From Hypanus sabinus (lineage: Eukaryota), in the NCBI RefSeq assembly GCF_030144855.1, contig NC_082706.1:15562001-15626000 (forward strand): a stretch of 64,000 nucleotides of DNA, given 5' to 3'. The position numbers and the translations under genes are program-made. Below the pieces are notes generated by a model that was not told the origin of the DNA, did no database searches, and was given only the letters and a program-made list of their open reading frames with translations. Below are positions 63,283-64,000 of the stretch, in pieces. How positions within the stretch are numbered: position 1 is the stretch's first letter; each line of letters starts with the position of its first letter.

Positions 63283-64000
63283 AAGGCGCAACTGTAATGT
63301 TAAGTGCTTAATCCAAGAACAGCAAAAGACAACATCCAAGAGAAATGTTGTTTTCACCAGATAATCTGCTCTCAGTTTTTGATGAAGAATAACTATCGGC
63401 TAGAGGACTACTGGAGTATTACCAAGGGATCCTGCCTGACCCACGCAGCACTGCACTGGTGCAAACAGAGCTGGTTCTGCTGCCCGAGTCTTTGGAGTGG
63501 TACTCAAACCCACAACCTACTGCCTTGTGCTTCCAGCACAGCCACAGCTGCATCAGGGGTCCTTTTCCTCCCAAACGATATTACATCTGCTACCAAAAAT
63601 GTCCGCACAGAGAGATTATTTCACATCACAGAGACACATTGGTGTCAGAGCGGAGATAACTGAAGATCTTGTAGAGGGCGTGAGTTGGAGCGGGGCGCGG
63701 GTGCGGGTTGAAGGCGTTCGGATCCGAATTCAAAGGAAAATCCAAATCTTAATCCAAGTTAAGGAACCAGGCCACTAGAGGCCAAAAACTACAATCTGCC
63801 TTGGGTTAGAGGACTGTGAGTGTGCATAGGTGGGAGAGAGGAACGGGGTTGTTTTGGCGTGTGTTGAGTTCTGTAATGTCATGCCAAGCATTGTGGGCAT
63901 GCTACGCTGGCAATGGAATGTGTGGGATGCCCCAGCACACCACCCTTGGGTGTGTTGGCTGTTGACATAAAGGAAGCATTTCACAGTATGTTTCAATGTA

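Overview
Repeat-dense vertebrate genomic DNA with one 303-nt assembly gap (9573-9875). The repeat families (HE1/V-type tRNA SINEs, a Deu-domain SINE, abundant CR1, Rex1/Babar LINE ends, Penelope-like elements) suggest a cartilaginous fish, probably a ray or skate; this is inference. I recognise no host protein-coding gene, so the window reads as intergenic or as a large intron. Every ORF I can identify is a transposon remnant: CR1 RT, Gypsy pol, Penelope GIY-YIG endonuclease, Tc1 and mariner pieces, and a hAT/SPIN-type zinc-finger N-terminus. The most notable signal is about a dozen minimal type-I hammerhead ribozyme motifs on Penelope-like 3' ends. Four keep an intact catalytic core, one sits in a nested fold-back element, and most dead copies were lost by CpG decay. 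Other highlights are a highly structured RTE-like 5' leader, a Tc1/MITE/hAT nest whose zinc-finger ORF ends at a perfect splice donor, inverted young CR1 copies, repeat-free islands rich in homeodomain motifs, and a few low-confidence candidate exons. Repeat boundaries are approximate (about 10-30 nt) and family names come from pattern recognition, not database searches.
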